Below are positions 27,014 to 41,100 of a DNA stretch of 64,000 nt, in pieces. A model generated the notes under the pieces. It saw nothing but the letters and a program-made list of their open reading frames with translations, was not told where the DNA came from and searched no databases. The stretch spans positions 296,174,001 through 296,238,000 of the forward strand of contig OZ024740.1 of the NCBI GenBank assembly GCA_964016885.1. The letters run 5' to 3'. Position 1 is the stretch's first letter. The number at the start of each line of letters is the position of its first letter. A program made the position numbers and the translations under genes. Source of the stretch: Eledone cirrhosa (Eukaryota).

Positions 27014-28617
27014 TAATGCTGAAATTTTCTGGAAAAAATGACGAAATTTTCTGGAAAAAATGACGAAATTTTCAGCAAAAATGACGAAATTTTCTGGAAA
27101 AATTGACGAAATATTCTGGATAAATTGACGAAATATTCGTGAAAAATGTCGAAATTTTTTGGAAACAATGACGAAATTTTCGGGAAATATTGACGAAATT
27201 TTCTGTGAAAAATGCCGAAATTTTCGGGAAAAAACGTCGAAATTTTGGTCAAAAATTGTTGAAATTTTCGGCAAAAATTGTTGAAATTTTCGGCTGAAAC
27301 TGACGAAATTTTCGGGAAAAAATGATGAAATTTTCGGCATAAATTGACTAAATTTACGGAAAAAATGACGAAAATATCGGCAAAAATTGACGAAATTTTC
27401 GTGAAAATATGCCGAAATTTTCCGCAAAAATTGACTAAATTTTCTGTAAAAATTGACGAAATTTTCGGTAAAAAATGAGGAATTTTTAGGCAAAAATTGA
27501 CGAAATTTTCGGGTAAAAATGCCGAAATTTTAGGGGGGAAAATGATGAAATTTTCGGCAAAAATTGACGACATTTTCGGGAAAAAATGACGAAAGTTTCG
27601 GGAAAAAAGGACGAAATTTTCGGGAAAAAAGGACGAAATTTTCTGTGAAAAATGCCGAAATTTTCGGGAAAAAAGGTCGAAATTTTCGGCAAAAACTGTT
27701 GAAATTTTCGGCAAAAATTGTTGAAATTTTCGGCTGAAACTGACGAAATTTTCGGGAAAAAATGACGAACTTTCCGGCAAAAATTTTCGAAATTTTCATG
27801 AAAAAATGATGAAATTTTCTGTAAAAATTGACGAAAGTTTCTGGAAAAAATGCTGAAATTTTCTGGAAAAAATGACGAAATTTTCTGGAAAAATTGACGA
27901 AATATCCTGGATAAATTGACGAAATATTCGGTAAAAAATGTCGAAATTTTTTTGAAAAAATGACGAAATTATCGGCAAAAAATGACGAAATTTTCGTGAA
28001 AAAATGCCGAAATTTTCCGCAAAAATTGACTAAAATTTCGGGAAAAATTGACGAAATTTTCGGGAAAAAATGCCGAAACTTTAGGGAAAAAATGATGAGA
28101 TTTTCGGCAAAAATTGACTACATTTTCGGGAAAAAATGACGAAAGTTTCGGCAAAAAGTGACGAAATTTTCGGCAAAAACTGACGAAATTTTCGTGAAAA
28201 AATGCCGAAATTTTCCGCAAAAATTGACGAAATTTTCTGTAAAAATTGACGAAATTTTCGGTAAAAAATGAGGAATTTTTAGGCAAAAATTGACGAAATT
28301 TTAGGGGAAAAATGAAAAAATTTTCGGCAAAAATTGACGACATTTTCGGGAAAAAATGACGAAAGTTTCGGGAAAAAATGCCTAAATTTTCGGGAAAAAA
28401 GGACGAAATTTTCGGTAAAAGTGACGAAATTTTCGGCAAAAATTGACGAAATTTTCGGCAGAATTTGACGAAATTTTCGGGAAAAAACGCCGAAATTTTC
28501 GGGGAAAAATGAAAAAGTTTTCGGCCAAAATGACGAAATTTTCGGGAAAAAACGAGGAAATTTTCATGAAAAAATGCCCAAATGTTCAGCAAAAAATGAC
28601 GAAATTTTCGGCAAAAA
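27014..28617 (+). repeat. Sat-B block
   Basis: 22-bp units. Confidence 0.93.
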
Positions 28618-28703
28618 TTAGGAGGTAGAATCTTAGGGGGTAGAACCTTAGGAGGTAAAACCTTAGGAGGTAGAACCAAGGGGTAGAAGCTTAGGGGGAA
28701 TCC
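28618..28703 (+). repeat. Linker C (gaagctt variant)
   Basis: Copy of 25181-25266 at offset 3437. Confidence 0.94.
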
Positions 28704-30450
28704 ATTTTTTATTTCGGTGATCCATTTTCTATTTGGGGGATCCATTTTTTATTTCGGTGATCCATTTTTTATTTGGGTGATCCATTTTTTATTTGATGGA
28801 TCTCCCAAATAAAAAATGGATCACCCAAATAAAAAATGGATCCCCCAAATAAAAAATGGATCACCCAAATAAAAAATGGATCACCCAAATAAAAACTTGA
28901 TCCTCCAAATAAAAAATGGATCACCCAAATAAAAAATGGATCCCCCAAATAAAAAATGGATCCCCCAAATAAAAAATGGATCCCCCAAATAAAAAATGGA
29001 TCACCCAAATAAAAACTGGATCCCCCAAATAAAAAATGGATCCCCCAAATAAAAAATTGATCACCCAAATAAAAAATGGATCGCCCAAATAAAAAATGGA
29101 TCCAAAAAATTAAAAATGGATCCCCCAAATAAAAAATGGATCCCCCAAATAAAAAATGGATCACCCAAATTAAAAATTGATCACCCAAATAAAAAATGGA
29201 TCGCCCAAATAAAAAATGGATCGCCCAAATAAAAAATGGATCACCCAAATAAAAAATGGATCACCCAAATAAAAAATGGATCCCCCAAATAAAAAATAGA
29301 TCCCCCAAATAAAAAATGGATCGCCCAAATAAAAAATGGATCCAAAAAATTAAAAATGGATCCCCCAAATAAAAAATGGATCCCCCAAATAAAAAATGGA
29401 TCCCCCAAATAAAAAATGGATCACCCAAATTAAAAATTGATCACCCAAATAAAAAATGGATCGCCCAAATAAAAAATGGATCGCCCAAATAAAAAATGGA
29501 TCACCCAAATAAAAAATGGATCACCCAAATAAAAAATGGATCCCCCAAATAAAAAATAGATCCCCCAAATAAAAAATGGATCCCCCAAATAAAAAATTGA
29601 TCACCCAAATAAAAAATGGATCGCCCAAATAAAAAATGGATCCAAAAAATTAAAAATGGATCCCCCAAATAAAAAATGGATCCCCCAAATAAAAAATGGA
29701 TCACCCAAATTAAAAATTGATCACCCAAATAAAAAATGGATCGCCCAAATAAAAAATGGATCGCCCAAATAAAAAATGGATCACCCAAATAAAAAATGGA
29801 TCACCCAAATAAAAAATGGATCCCCCAAATAAAAAATAGATCCCCCAAATGAAAAATGGATCGCCCAAATAAAAAATGGATCCAAAAAATTAAAAATGGA
29901 TCCCCCAAATAAAAAATGGATCCCCCAAATAAAAAATGGATCCCCCAAATAAAAAATGGATCACCCAAATTAAAAATTGATCACCCAAATAAAAAATGGA
30001 TCGCCCAAATAAAAAATGGATCGCCCTAATAAAAAATGGATCACCCAAATAAAAAATGGATCACCCAAATAAAAAATGGATCCCCCAAATAAAAAATAGA
30101 TCCCCCAAATAAAAAATGGATCCCCCAAATAAAAAATTGATCACCCAAATAAAAAATGGATCGCCCAAATAAAAAATGGATCCAAAAAATTAAAAATGGA
30201 TCCCCCAAATAAAAAATGGATCCCCCAAATAAAAAATGGATCCCCCAAATAAAAAATGGATCACCCAAATTAAAAATTGATCACCCAAATAAAAAATGGA
30301 TCGCCCAAATAAAAAATGGATCGCCCAAATAAAAAATGGATCACCCAAATAAAAAATGGATCACCCAAATAAAAAATGGATCCCCCAAATAAAAAATAGA
30401 TCCCCCAAATAAAAAATGGATCACCCAAATAAAAAATGGATCACCCAAAT
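28704..30450. repeat. Sat-A island, 1 switch (copy of 25267-27013)
   Basis: Same private variants at offset 3437. Confidence 0.93.
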
Positions 30451-32119
30451 TAATGCTGAAATTTTCTGGAAAAAATGACGAAATTTTCTGGAAAAAATGA
30501 CGAAATTTTCAGCAAAAATGACGAAATTTTCTGGAAAAATTGACGAAATATTCTGGATAAATTGACGAAATATTCGTGAAAAATGTCGAAATTTTTTGGA
30601 AACAATGACGAAATTTTCGGGAAATATTGACGAAATTTTCTGTGAAAAATGCCGAAATTTTCGGGAAAAAACGTCGAAATTTTGGTCAAAAATTGTTGAA
30701 ATTTTCGGCAAAAATTGTTGAAATTTTCGGCTGAAACTGACGAAATTTTCGGGAAAAAATGATGAAATTTTCGGCAAAAATTGACTAAATTTTCCGGAAA
30801 AAATGACGAAATTTCCGGCAAAAATTTACGAAATTTTCATGAAAAAATGATGAAATTTTCTGTAAATTTGACGAAAATTTCGGGAAAAAATGCTGAAATT
30901 TTCTGGAAAATATGACGAAATTTTTAGCAAAAATGACGAAATTTTCTGGAAAAATTGACGAAATATCCTGGATAAATTGACGAAATATTCGGGAAAAAAT
31001 GTCGAGATTTTTTTGAAAAAATGACGAAATTATCGGCAAAAAATGATGAAATTTTCGGGAAAAATTGACGAAATTTTCTTTGAAAAATGCCGAAATTTTC
31101 GGGAAAAAACGTCGAAATTTTCGGGAAAAAATGATGAAATTTTTGGCAACAACTGACTAAATTTTCCGGAAAAAATGACGAAATATTCGGCAAAAAATGA
31201 CGAAATTTTCGTGAAAAAATGCCGAAATTTTCCGCAAAAATTGACTAAATTTTCGGGAAAAATTGACGAAATTTTCGGTAAAAAATCAGGAATTTTTAGG
31301 CAAAAATTGACGAAATTTTCGGGAAAAATTGACGAAATTTTCGGGAAAAAATGCCGAAACTTTAGGGAAAAAAATGATAAAATTTTCGGCAAAAATTGAC
31401 GACATTTTCGGGAAAAAATGACGAAAGTTTCGGCAAAAAGTGACGAAATTTTCTTGGAAAAATGCCGTAATTTTCTGGAAAAAACGTCGAAATTTTCGGC
31501 AAAAATTGTTGAAATTTTCGGCTGAAATTGACGAAATTTTCGGGAAAAAATGATGAAATTTTCGGCATAAATTGACTAAATTTACGGAAAAAATGACGAA
31601 AATATCGGCAAAAATTGACGAAATTTTCGTGAAAATATGCCGAAATTTTCCGCAAAAATTGACTAAATTTTCTGTAAAAATTGACGAAATTTTCGGTAAA
31701 AAATGAGGAATTTTTAGGCAAAAATTGACGAAATTTTCGGGTAAAAATGCCGAAATTTTAGGGGGAAAAATGATGAAATTTTCGGCAAAAATTGACGACA
31801 TTTTCGGGAAAAAATGACGAAAGTTTCGGGAAAAAAGGACGAAATTTTCGGGAAAAAAGGACGAAATTTTCGGTAAAAAGTGACGAAATTTTCGGCAAAA
31901 ATTGACGAAATTTTCGGCAGAATTTGACGAAATTTTCTTCAAAAAAATCCGAAGTTTTCGGCAAATATTGACGATGTTTTCGGGAAAAAAGCCCGAAATT
32001 TTCGAGGAAAAATGAAAAAATTTTCGGCCAAAATAACGAAATTTTCGGGAAAAAACGACGAAATTTTCGTGAAAAATGCCCAAATGTTCGGCAAAAAATG
32101 ACGAAATTTTCGGCAAAAA
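30451..32119 (+). repeat. Last Sat-B block
   Basis: First ~1.4 kb matches the block starting at 22786 at offset ~7665. Confidence 0.92.
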
Positions 32120-32175
32120 TTAGGAGGTAGAATCTTAGGGGGTAGAACCAAGGGGTAGAACCTTAGGGGGAATCC
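32120..32175 (+). repeat. Last, shortest linker C (2x15-bp plus tail)
   Basis: ttaggaggtagaatc ttagggggtagaacc aaggggtagaacc ttagggggaatcc. Confidence 0.93.
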
Positions 32176-35100
32176 ATTTTTTATTTCGGTGATCCATTTT
32201 CTATTTGGGGGATACATTTTTTATTTCGGTGATCCATTTTTTGTTTGGGTGATCCATTTTTTATTTGATGGATCTCCCAAATAAAAAATGGAACACCCAA
32301 ATAAAAAATGGATCCCCCAAATAAAAATTGGATCACCCAAATAAAAAATGGATCACCCAAATAAAAACTTGGTCCTCCAAATAAAAAATGGATCACCCAA
32401 AAAAAAAATGGATCCCCCAAATAAAAAAAGGATCCCCCAAATAAAAAATGGATCCCCCAAATAAAAAATGGATCACCCAAATAAAAACTGGATCCCCCAA
32501 ATAAAAAATGGATCCCCCAAATAAAAAATTGATCACCCAAATAAAAAATGGATCGCCCAAATAAAAAATGAATCCAAAAAATTAAAAATGGATCACCCAA
32601 ATAAAAAATGGATCACCCAAATAAAAAATGGATCCCCCAAATAAAAAATAGATCACCCAAATAAAAAATGGATCCCCCAAATAAAATATGGATCACCCAA
32701 ATAAAAAACGGATCACCCAAATAAAAAATGGATCACCCAAATAAAAAATGGATCCCCCAAATAAAAAATGGTTCACCCAAATAAAAAAGGATCCATTTTT
32801 TATTTGGGTGATCCGTTTTTTATTTGGGTGATCCATTTTTTATTTGGGGGATCCATTTTTTATTTCGTAGATCCATTTTTTTATTTGGGCCATCCATTTT
32901 TTATTTGGGTGATCCATTTTTTATTTGGGTGATCCATTTTTTATTTGATGGATCTCCCAAATAAAAAATGGATCACCCAAATAAAAAATGGATCCCCCAA
33001 ATATAAAATGGATCACCCAAATAAAAAATGGATCACCCAAATAAAAACTTGATCCTCCAAATAAAAAATGGATCACCCAAATAAAAAATGGATCACCCAA
33101 ATAAAAAATGGATCCCCCAAATAAAAAATGGATCCCCCAAATAAAAAATGGATCACCCAAATAAAAACTGGATCCCCCAAATAAAAAAATGGATCCACCA
33201 AATAAAAAATGGATCGCCCAAATAAAAAATGGATCCAAAAAATTAAAAATGGATCACCCAAATAAAAAATGGATCACCCAAATAAAAAATGGATCCCCCA
33301 AATAAAAAATAGATCACCCAAATAAAAAATGGATACCCCAAATAAAAAATGGATCCCCCAAATAAAAAATGGATCCCCCAAATAAAAAAAGGATTACCCA
33401 AATAAAAAATGGATCACCCAAATAAAAAATGGATCACCCAAATAAAAAATGGATCCCCCAAATAAAAAATGGATCACCCAAATAAAAAATGGATCACACA
33501 ATTAAAAAATGAATCCCCCAAATAAAAAATGGATCACCCAAATAAAAAAAGGATCCATTTTTTATTTGGGGGATCCATTTTTTATTTGTGTGATCCATTT
33601 TTTATTTGGGTGATCCATTTTTTATTTGGGGGATCCATTTTTTATTTGGGTGATCCATTTTTTATTTGGGGGATCCATTTTTTATTTGGGTGATCCATTT
33701 TTTATTTTGGGGATCCATTTTTTATTTGGGGGTTCCATTTTTTCTTTGGGGGATCCATCAAATAAAAAATGGATCAGCCAAATAAAAAATGGATCACCCA
33801 AATAAAAAATGGATCCCCCAAATAAAAAATGGATGACCCAAATAAAAAATGGACCACAAATAAAAAATGGATCACCCAAATAAAAAATGGATCACCCAAA
33901 TAAAAAATGGATCCCCCAAATAAAAAATGGACCACCCAAATAAAAATGGATCACCCAAATAAAAAATGGATCCCCCAAATAAAAATGGATCACTCAAATA
34001 AAAAAGGATCCATTTTTTATTTGGGGGATCCATTTTTTATTTGGGTGATCCATTTTTTATTTGGGCGATCCATTTTTTATTTGGGGGATTCATTTTTTAT
34101 TTGGGGGATCCATTTTTTATTTGGGTGATCAATTTTTAATTGGGTGATCCATTTTTTATTTGGGTGATCCATTTTTTATTTGGGTGATCCATTTTTTATT
34201 TGGGGGATCCCTTTTTTATTTGGGTGATCCATTTTTTATTTGGGTGATCCATTTTTTATTTGAGTGATCCATTTTTTATTTGGGGGATCCATTTTTTATT
34301 TGGGTGATCCATTTTTTATTTGGGGTATCCATTTTTTATTTGGTGGATCCATTTTTTATTTGGGTGATCCATTTTTTATTTGGGTGATCCATTTTTTATT
34401 TGGGTGATCCATTTTTTATTTCGGTGATCCATTTTTTATTTGGGTGATCCATTTTTTATTTGATGGATCTCCCAAATCAAAAATGGATCACCCAAATCAA
34501 AAATGGATCACCCAAATAAAAAATGGATCACCCAAATAAAAAATGGATCCCCCAAACAAGAAATTGATCACCCAAATAAAAACTTGATCCTCCAAATAAA
34601 AAATGGATCCCCCAAATAAAAAATGGATCACCCAAATAAAAAATGGACCACAAATAAAAAATGGATCACCCAAATAAAAAATGGATCACCCAAATAAAAA
34701 ATGGATCCCCCAAATAAAAAATGGACCACCCAAATAAAAAATGGATCACCCAAATAAAAAATGGATCCCCCAAATAAAAATGGATCACCCAAATAAAAAA
34801 GGATCCAATTTTTTATTTGGGCGATCCATTTTTTATTTGGGGGATCCATTTTTTATTTGGGGCATCCATTTTTTATTTGGGTGATCAATTTTTTATTTGG
34901 GTGATCCATTTTTTATTTGGGTGATCCATTTTTTATTTGGGTGATCCATTTTTTATTTGGGGGATCCCTTTTTTATTTGGGCGATCCATTTTTTATTTGG
35001 GTGATTCATTTTTTATTTGGGTGATCCATTTTTTATTTGGGGGATCCATTTTTTATTTCGGTGATCCATTTTTTATTTGGGGGATCCATTTTTTATTTCG

Positions 35101-38100
35101 GTGATCCATTTTTTATTTGGGTGATCCATTTTTAAATTGATGGATCACCCAAATAAAAAATGGATCCCCCAAATAAAAAATGGATCGCCCAAATAAAAAA
35201 TGGATCGCCCAAATAAAAATGGATCCAAAAAATTAAAAATGGATCACCCAAATAAAAAATGGATCACCCAAATAAAAAATGAATCCCCCAAATAAAAAAT
35301 AGATCACCCAAATAAAAATTGGATACCCCAAATAAAAAATGGATCCCCCAAATAAAAAATGGATCCTCCAAATAAAAAATGGATCCCCCAAATAGAAAAT
35401 GGATCCCCCAAATAAACAATGGATGACCCAAATAAAAAATTGATCACCCAAATAAAAAATGGATCGCCCAAATAAAAAATGGATCCAAAAAATTAAAAAT
35501 GGATCACCCAAATAAAAAATGGATCACCCAAATAAAAAATGAATCCCCCAAATAAAAAATAGATCACCCAAATAAAAATTGGATACCCCAAATAAAAAAT
35601 GGATCCCCCAAATAAAAAATGGATCCCCCAAATAAAAAATGGATCACCCAAATAAAAAATGGATCACCCAAATAAAAAATGGATCACCCAAATAAAAAAT
35701 GGATCCCCCAAATAAAAAATGGATCACCCAAATAAAAAATGGATCACCCAAATAAAAATGGATCCCCCAAATAAAAAATGGATCCTTTTTTTATTTGGGT
35801 GATCCATTTTTTATTTGGGTAATCCATTTTTCATTTGGGGGATCCATTTTTTATTTCGGTGATCCATTTTTTATTTGGGGGATCCATTTTTTATTTCGGT
35901 GATCCATTTTTTATTTGGGTGATCCATTTTTAAATTGATGGATCATCAAAATAAAAAATGGATCCCCCAAATAAAAAATGGATCGCCCAAATAAAAAATG
36001 GATCCAAAAAATTAAAAATGGATCACCCAAATAAAAAATGGATCACCCAAATAAAAAATGGATACCCCAAACAAAAAATGGATCCGCCAAATAAAAAATT
36101 GATCCCCCAAATAAAAAATGGATTACCCAAATAAAAAATGGATCACCCAAATAAAAAATGGATCACCCAAATAAAGAATGGATCCCCCAAATACAAAATG
36201 GATCACCCAAATAAAAAATGGATCACCCAAATAAAAAATGGATCACCCAATAAAAAATGGATCCCCCAAATAAAAAATGGATCCTTTTTTTATTTGGGTG
36301 ATCCATTTTTTATTTGGGTGATCCATTTTTTATTTGGGGGATCCATTTATTATTTCGGTGATCCATTTTTTATTTGGGTGATCCATTTTTTATTTGATGG
36401 ATCCCCCAAATAAAAAATGGATCCCCCAAATAAATAATGGATCCCCCAAATAAAAAATGGATCACCCAAATAAAAACTGGATCCCCCAAAATAAAAAATG
36501 GATCCCCCAAATAAAAAATTGATCACCCAAATAAAAAATGGATCCCCCAAATAAAAATGGATCACCCAAATATAAAATGGATCCCCAAATAAAAAAGGAT
36601 CACCCAAATAAAAAAGGGATCACCCAAATAAAAAATAGATCACCCAAATAAAAAATGGATCACCCAAATATAAAATGGATACCCCAAGTAAAAAATGGAT
36701 CACCCAAATTTAAAATGGATGCCCCAAATAAAAAAATGGATCACCCAAATAAAAAATGGATCCCCCAAATAAAAAATGGATCACCCAAATAAAAAATGGA
36801 TCCCCCAAATAAAAAATGGATCACCCAAATAAAAAATGGATCACCCAAATAAAAAATGGATCACCCAAATAAAAAATGGATCCCCCAATAAAAAAATGGA
36901 TCACCCAAATAAAAAATGGATCACCCAAATAAAAAATGGATCACCCAAATAAAAAATGGATCACCCAAATAAGAACTGGATCCCCCAAATAAAAAATGGA
37001 TCACCCAAATAAAAAATGGATCACCCAAATATAAAATGAATCACCCAAATAAGAAATGGATCACCCAAATAAAAAATGGATCTACCAAATAAAAAATGGA
37101 TCGCCTAAATAAAAAATGGATCCAAAAAATTAAAAATGGATCACCCAAATAAAAAATGGATCCCCCAAATAAAAAATAGATCACCCAAATAAAAAATGGA
37201 TACCCCAAATAAAAAATGGATCCCCCAAATAAAAAATGGATCCCCCAAATCAAAAATGGATTCCCCAAATAAAATATGGATCACCCAAATAAAAAATGGA
37301 TCACCCAAATAAAAAATGGATCCCCCAAATAAAAAAAGGATCACCCAAATAAAAAATGGATCACCCAAATAAAAAATGGATCCCCCAAATAAAAAATGGA
37401 TCCTTTTTTTATTTGGGTGATCCATTTTTTATTTGGGTGATCCATTTTTTATTTGGGGGATCCATTTTTTATTTGGTGGATCCATTTTTTATTTGGGTGA
37501 TCCATTTTTTATTTGGGTGATCCATTTTTTATTTGGGGGATCCATTTTTTATTTCGGTGATCCATTTTTTATTTGGCTGATCCATTTTTTATTTGATGGA
37601 TCTACCCAATAAAAAATGGATCACCCAAATAAAAAATGGATCCCCCAAATAAAAAATTGATCACCCAAATAAAAAATGGATCACCCAAACAAAAAATGGA
37701 TCACCCAAATAAAAATGGATCCCCCAAATAAAAAATGGATCCCCCAAATAAAAAATGGATCACCCAAATAAAAAATGGATCCCCCAAACAAAAAATGGAT
37801 CACCCAAATAAAAACTTGATCCTCCAAATAAAAAATGGATCACCCAAATAAAAAATGGATCCCCCAAATAAAAAATGGATCCCCCAAATAAAAAATGGAT
37901 CCCCCAAATAAAAAATCGATCACCCAAATAAAAACTGGATCCCCCAAATAAAAAATGGATCCCCCAAATAAAAAATTGATCACCCAAATAAAAAATGGAT
38001 CGCCCAAATAAAAAATGGATCCAAAAAATTAAAAGTGGATCACCCAAATAAAAAATGGATCACCCAAATAAAAAATGGATCACCCAAATATAAAATGAAT

Positions 38101-41100
38101 CACCCAAATAAAAAATGGATCACCCAAATAAAAAATGGATCCCCCAAATAAAAAAATGGATCACCCAAATAAAAAAGGATCCATTTTTTATTTGGGTGAT
38201 CCATTTTTTATTTGGGTGGTAGATTTTTTATTTGGGGGATCCATTTTTTATTTGGGTGATCCATTTTTTATTTGGGGGATCCATTTTTTATTTGGGGGAT
38301 CCATTTTTTATTTGGGTGATCCATTCTTTATTTGGGGGATCCATTTTTATTTGGGGGATCCATTTTTTGTTTGGGTGATCCATTTTTTATTTGGGGGATC
38401 CATTTTTTATTTGGGGGATCCATTTTTTATTTGGGTGATCCATTTTTTATTTGGGGCATCCATTTTTTATTTGGGTGATCCATTTTTTATTTGGGGGATC
38501 CATTTTTTATTTGGAGGATCCATTTTTTATTTGGGTGATCCATTTTTTATTTGGGTGATCCACTTTTAATTTTTTGGATCCATTTTTTATTTGGGCGATC
38601 CATTTTTTATTTGGGTGATCAATTTTTTATTTGGGGGATCCATTTTTTATTTGGGGGATCCAGTTTTTATTTGGGTGATCGATTTTTTATTTGGGGGATC
38701 CATTTTTTATTTGGGGGATCCATTTTTTATTTGGTGGATCCATTTTTTATTTGGGTGATCCATTTTTTATTTGGGGGTTCCATTTTTTATTTGGGGGATC
38801 CATCAAATAAAAAATGGATCAGCCAAATAAAAAATGGATCACCCAAATAAAAAATGGATCCCCCAAATAAAAAATGGTTCACCCAAATAAAAAATGGACC
38901 ACAAATAAAAAATGGATCACCCAAATTAAAAATGGATCACCCAAATAGAAAATGGATCCCCCCCCAAAAAATGGATCACCCAAATAAAAATGGATCCCCC
39001 AAATAAAAAATGGATCCTTTTTCATTTGGGTGATCCATTTTTTATTTTGGGGATCCATTTTTTATTTGGGCGATCCATTTTTTATTTGGGGGACCCATTT
39101 TTTATTTGGGGGATCCATTTTTTATTTGGGCGATCCATTTTTTATTTGGGGGACCCATTTTTTATTTGGGGGATCCATTTTTTATTTGGGTGATCCATTT
39201 TTTATTTGGGTGATCCATTTTTTATTTGGGTGATCCATTTTTTATTTGGGGGATCCATTTTTTATTTAGGGGATCCATTTTTTATTTGGGTGATCCATTT
39301 TTTATTTGGGTGATCCATTTTTTATATGGGTGATCCATTTTTTATTTGGGGGATCCATTTTTTATTTAGGGGATCCATTTTTTATTTGGGTGATCCATTT
39401 TCTATTTGGGTGATCCATATTTTATTTGAGGGATTCATTTTTTATTTGGGTGATCCATTCTTTATTTGGGTGATCCATTTTTTATTTGGGTGATCCATTT
39501 TTTATTTGGGTGATCCATTTTTTATTTGATGGATCTCCCAAATAAAGAATGGATCACCCAAATAAAAAATGGATCCCCCAAATAAAAATTAGATCACCCA
39601 AATAAAAAATGGATACCCCAAATAAAAAATGGATCCCCCAAATAAAAAATGGATCCCCCAAATAAAAAATGGATCACCCAAATAAAAAATGGATCACCCA
39701 AATAAAAAATGGATCACCCAAATAAAAAAAGGATCCATTTTTTATTTGGGGGAACCATTTTTTATTTGGGGGATCCATTTTTTATTTGGGGGATCCATTT
39801 TTTATTTGTGGGATCCATTTTTTATTTGGGGGATCCATTTTTTATTTGGGTGATCCATTTTTTGTTTGGGTGATCCATTTTTTATTTGGGTGATCCATTT
39901 TTTATTTGGGTGATCCATTTTTTATTTGGGTGATCCATTTTTTATTGCGGGATCCATTTTTTATTTTGGTGATCCATTTTTAATTTGGGGGATCCATTTT
40001 TTATTTGGAGGATCCATTTTTTATTTTGGTGATCCATTTTTTATTTAGGGGATCCATTTTTTATTTGGGTGATCCATTTTCTATTTGGCTGATCCGTATT
40101 TTATTTGAGGGATCCATTTTTTATTTGGGTGATCCATTCTTTATTTGGGTGATCCATTTTTTATTTGGGTGATCCATTTTTTATTTGCTGGATCCATTTT
40201 TTATTTGGGGGATCCATTTTTTTTTTGGTGGATCCATTTTTTATTTGGGGTATCCATTTTATATTTGGGTGATCCATTTTTTATTTGGGTGATCCATTTT
40301 TTATTTGGGGGATCCATTTTTTATTTGGGTGATCCATTTTTTATTTGGGGGATCCATTTTTTATTTGGGTGATCCATTTTTTATTTGGGGGATCCATTTT
40401 TTATTTGGTGGATCCATTTTTTATTTGGGTTATCCATTTTTTATTTGCGTGATCCACTTTTTATTTGGTGTATACATTTTTTATTTCGGTGATCCATTTT
40501 TTATTTGGGGGGTCCATTTTTTATTTCGGTGATCCATTTTTTATTTGGGTGATCCATTTTTTATTTGGGGTTTCCATTTTTTATTTGGGTGATCCATTTT
40601 TTATTTGGGAGTTCCATCAAATAAAAAATGGATCACCCAAATAAAAAATGGATCGCCCAAATAAAAAATGGATCCAAAAAATAAAAAATGGATCACCCAA
40701 ATAAAAAATGGATCCCCCAAATAAAAAAATGGATCCCCCAAATAAAAAATGGAACCCTTTTTTATTTGGCGGATCCATTTTTTATTTGGGGGATCCATTA
40801 TCTATTTGGGTGATCCATTTTTTATTTGGGGGATCCATATTTTATTTGGGTGATCCATTTTTTATTTGGTGATACATTTTTTATTTGGGGGATCCAGTTT
40901 TTATTTGGGGGATCCATTTTTTATTTGGGTGATCCCTTTTTTATTTGGATGATCCATTTTTTATTTGGGGGATCCATTTTTTATTTGGGTGATCCATTTT
41001 TTATTTGGGGGATCCATTTTTTATTTGGGGGATACATTTTTTATTTGGGTGAGCCATTTTTTATTTGGGGGATCCATTTTCTATTTGGGTGATCCATTTT

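Larger units (their letters stand above)
1..32175. repeat. Composite macrosatellite: tandem [Sat-B 22-bp block]-[15-bp G-rich linker C]-[Sat-A 20-bp island with inversions]
   Basis: Linker C starts at 187, 3207, 5901, 7747, 10241, 12065, 15569, 18755, 21753, 25181, 28618 and 32120. It is always preceded by Sat-B and followed by reverse-oriented Sat-A. Confidence 0.95.

Noticed and set aside
1780-32119. CENP-B box in Sat-B
   Set aside because: TTCG is present, but the downstream CGGG at the required spacing (NTTCGNNNNANNCGGGN) was not seen.
1780-32119. Heat-shock element arrays (GAAATTTTCGGGAA)
   Set aside because: TTCnnGAA is present, but the upstream GAA is spaced by 3 rather than 2 bases, so a canonical three-pentamer HSE is not formed.
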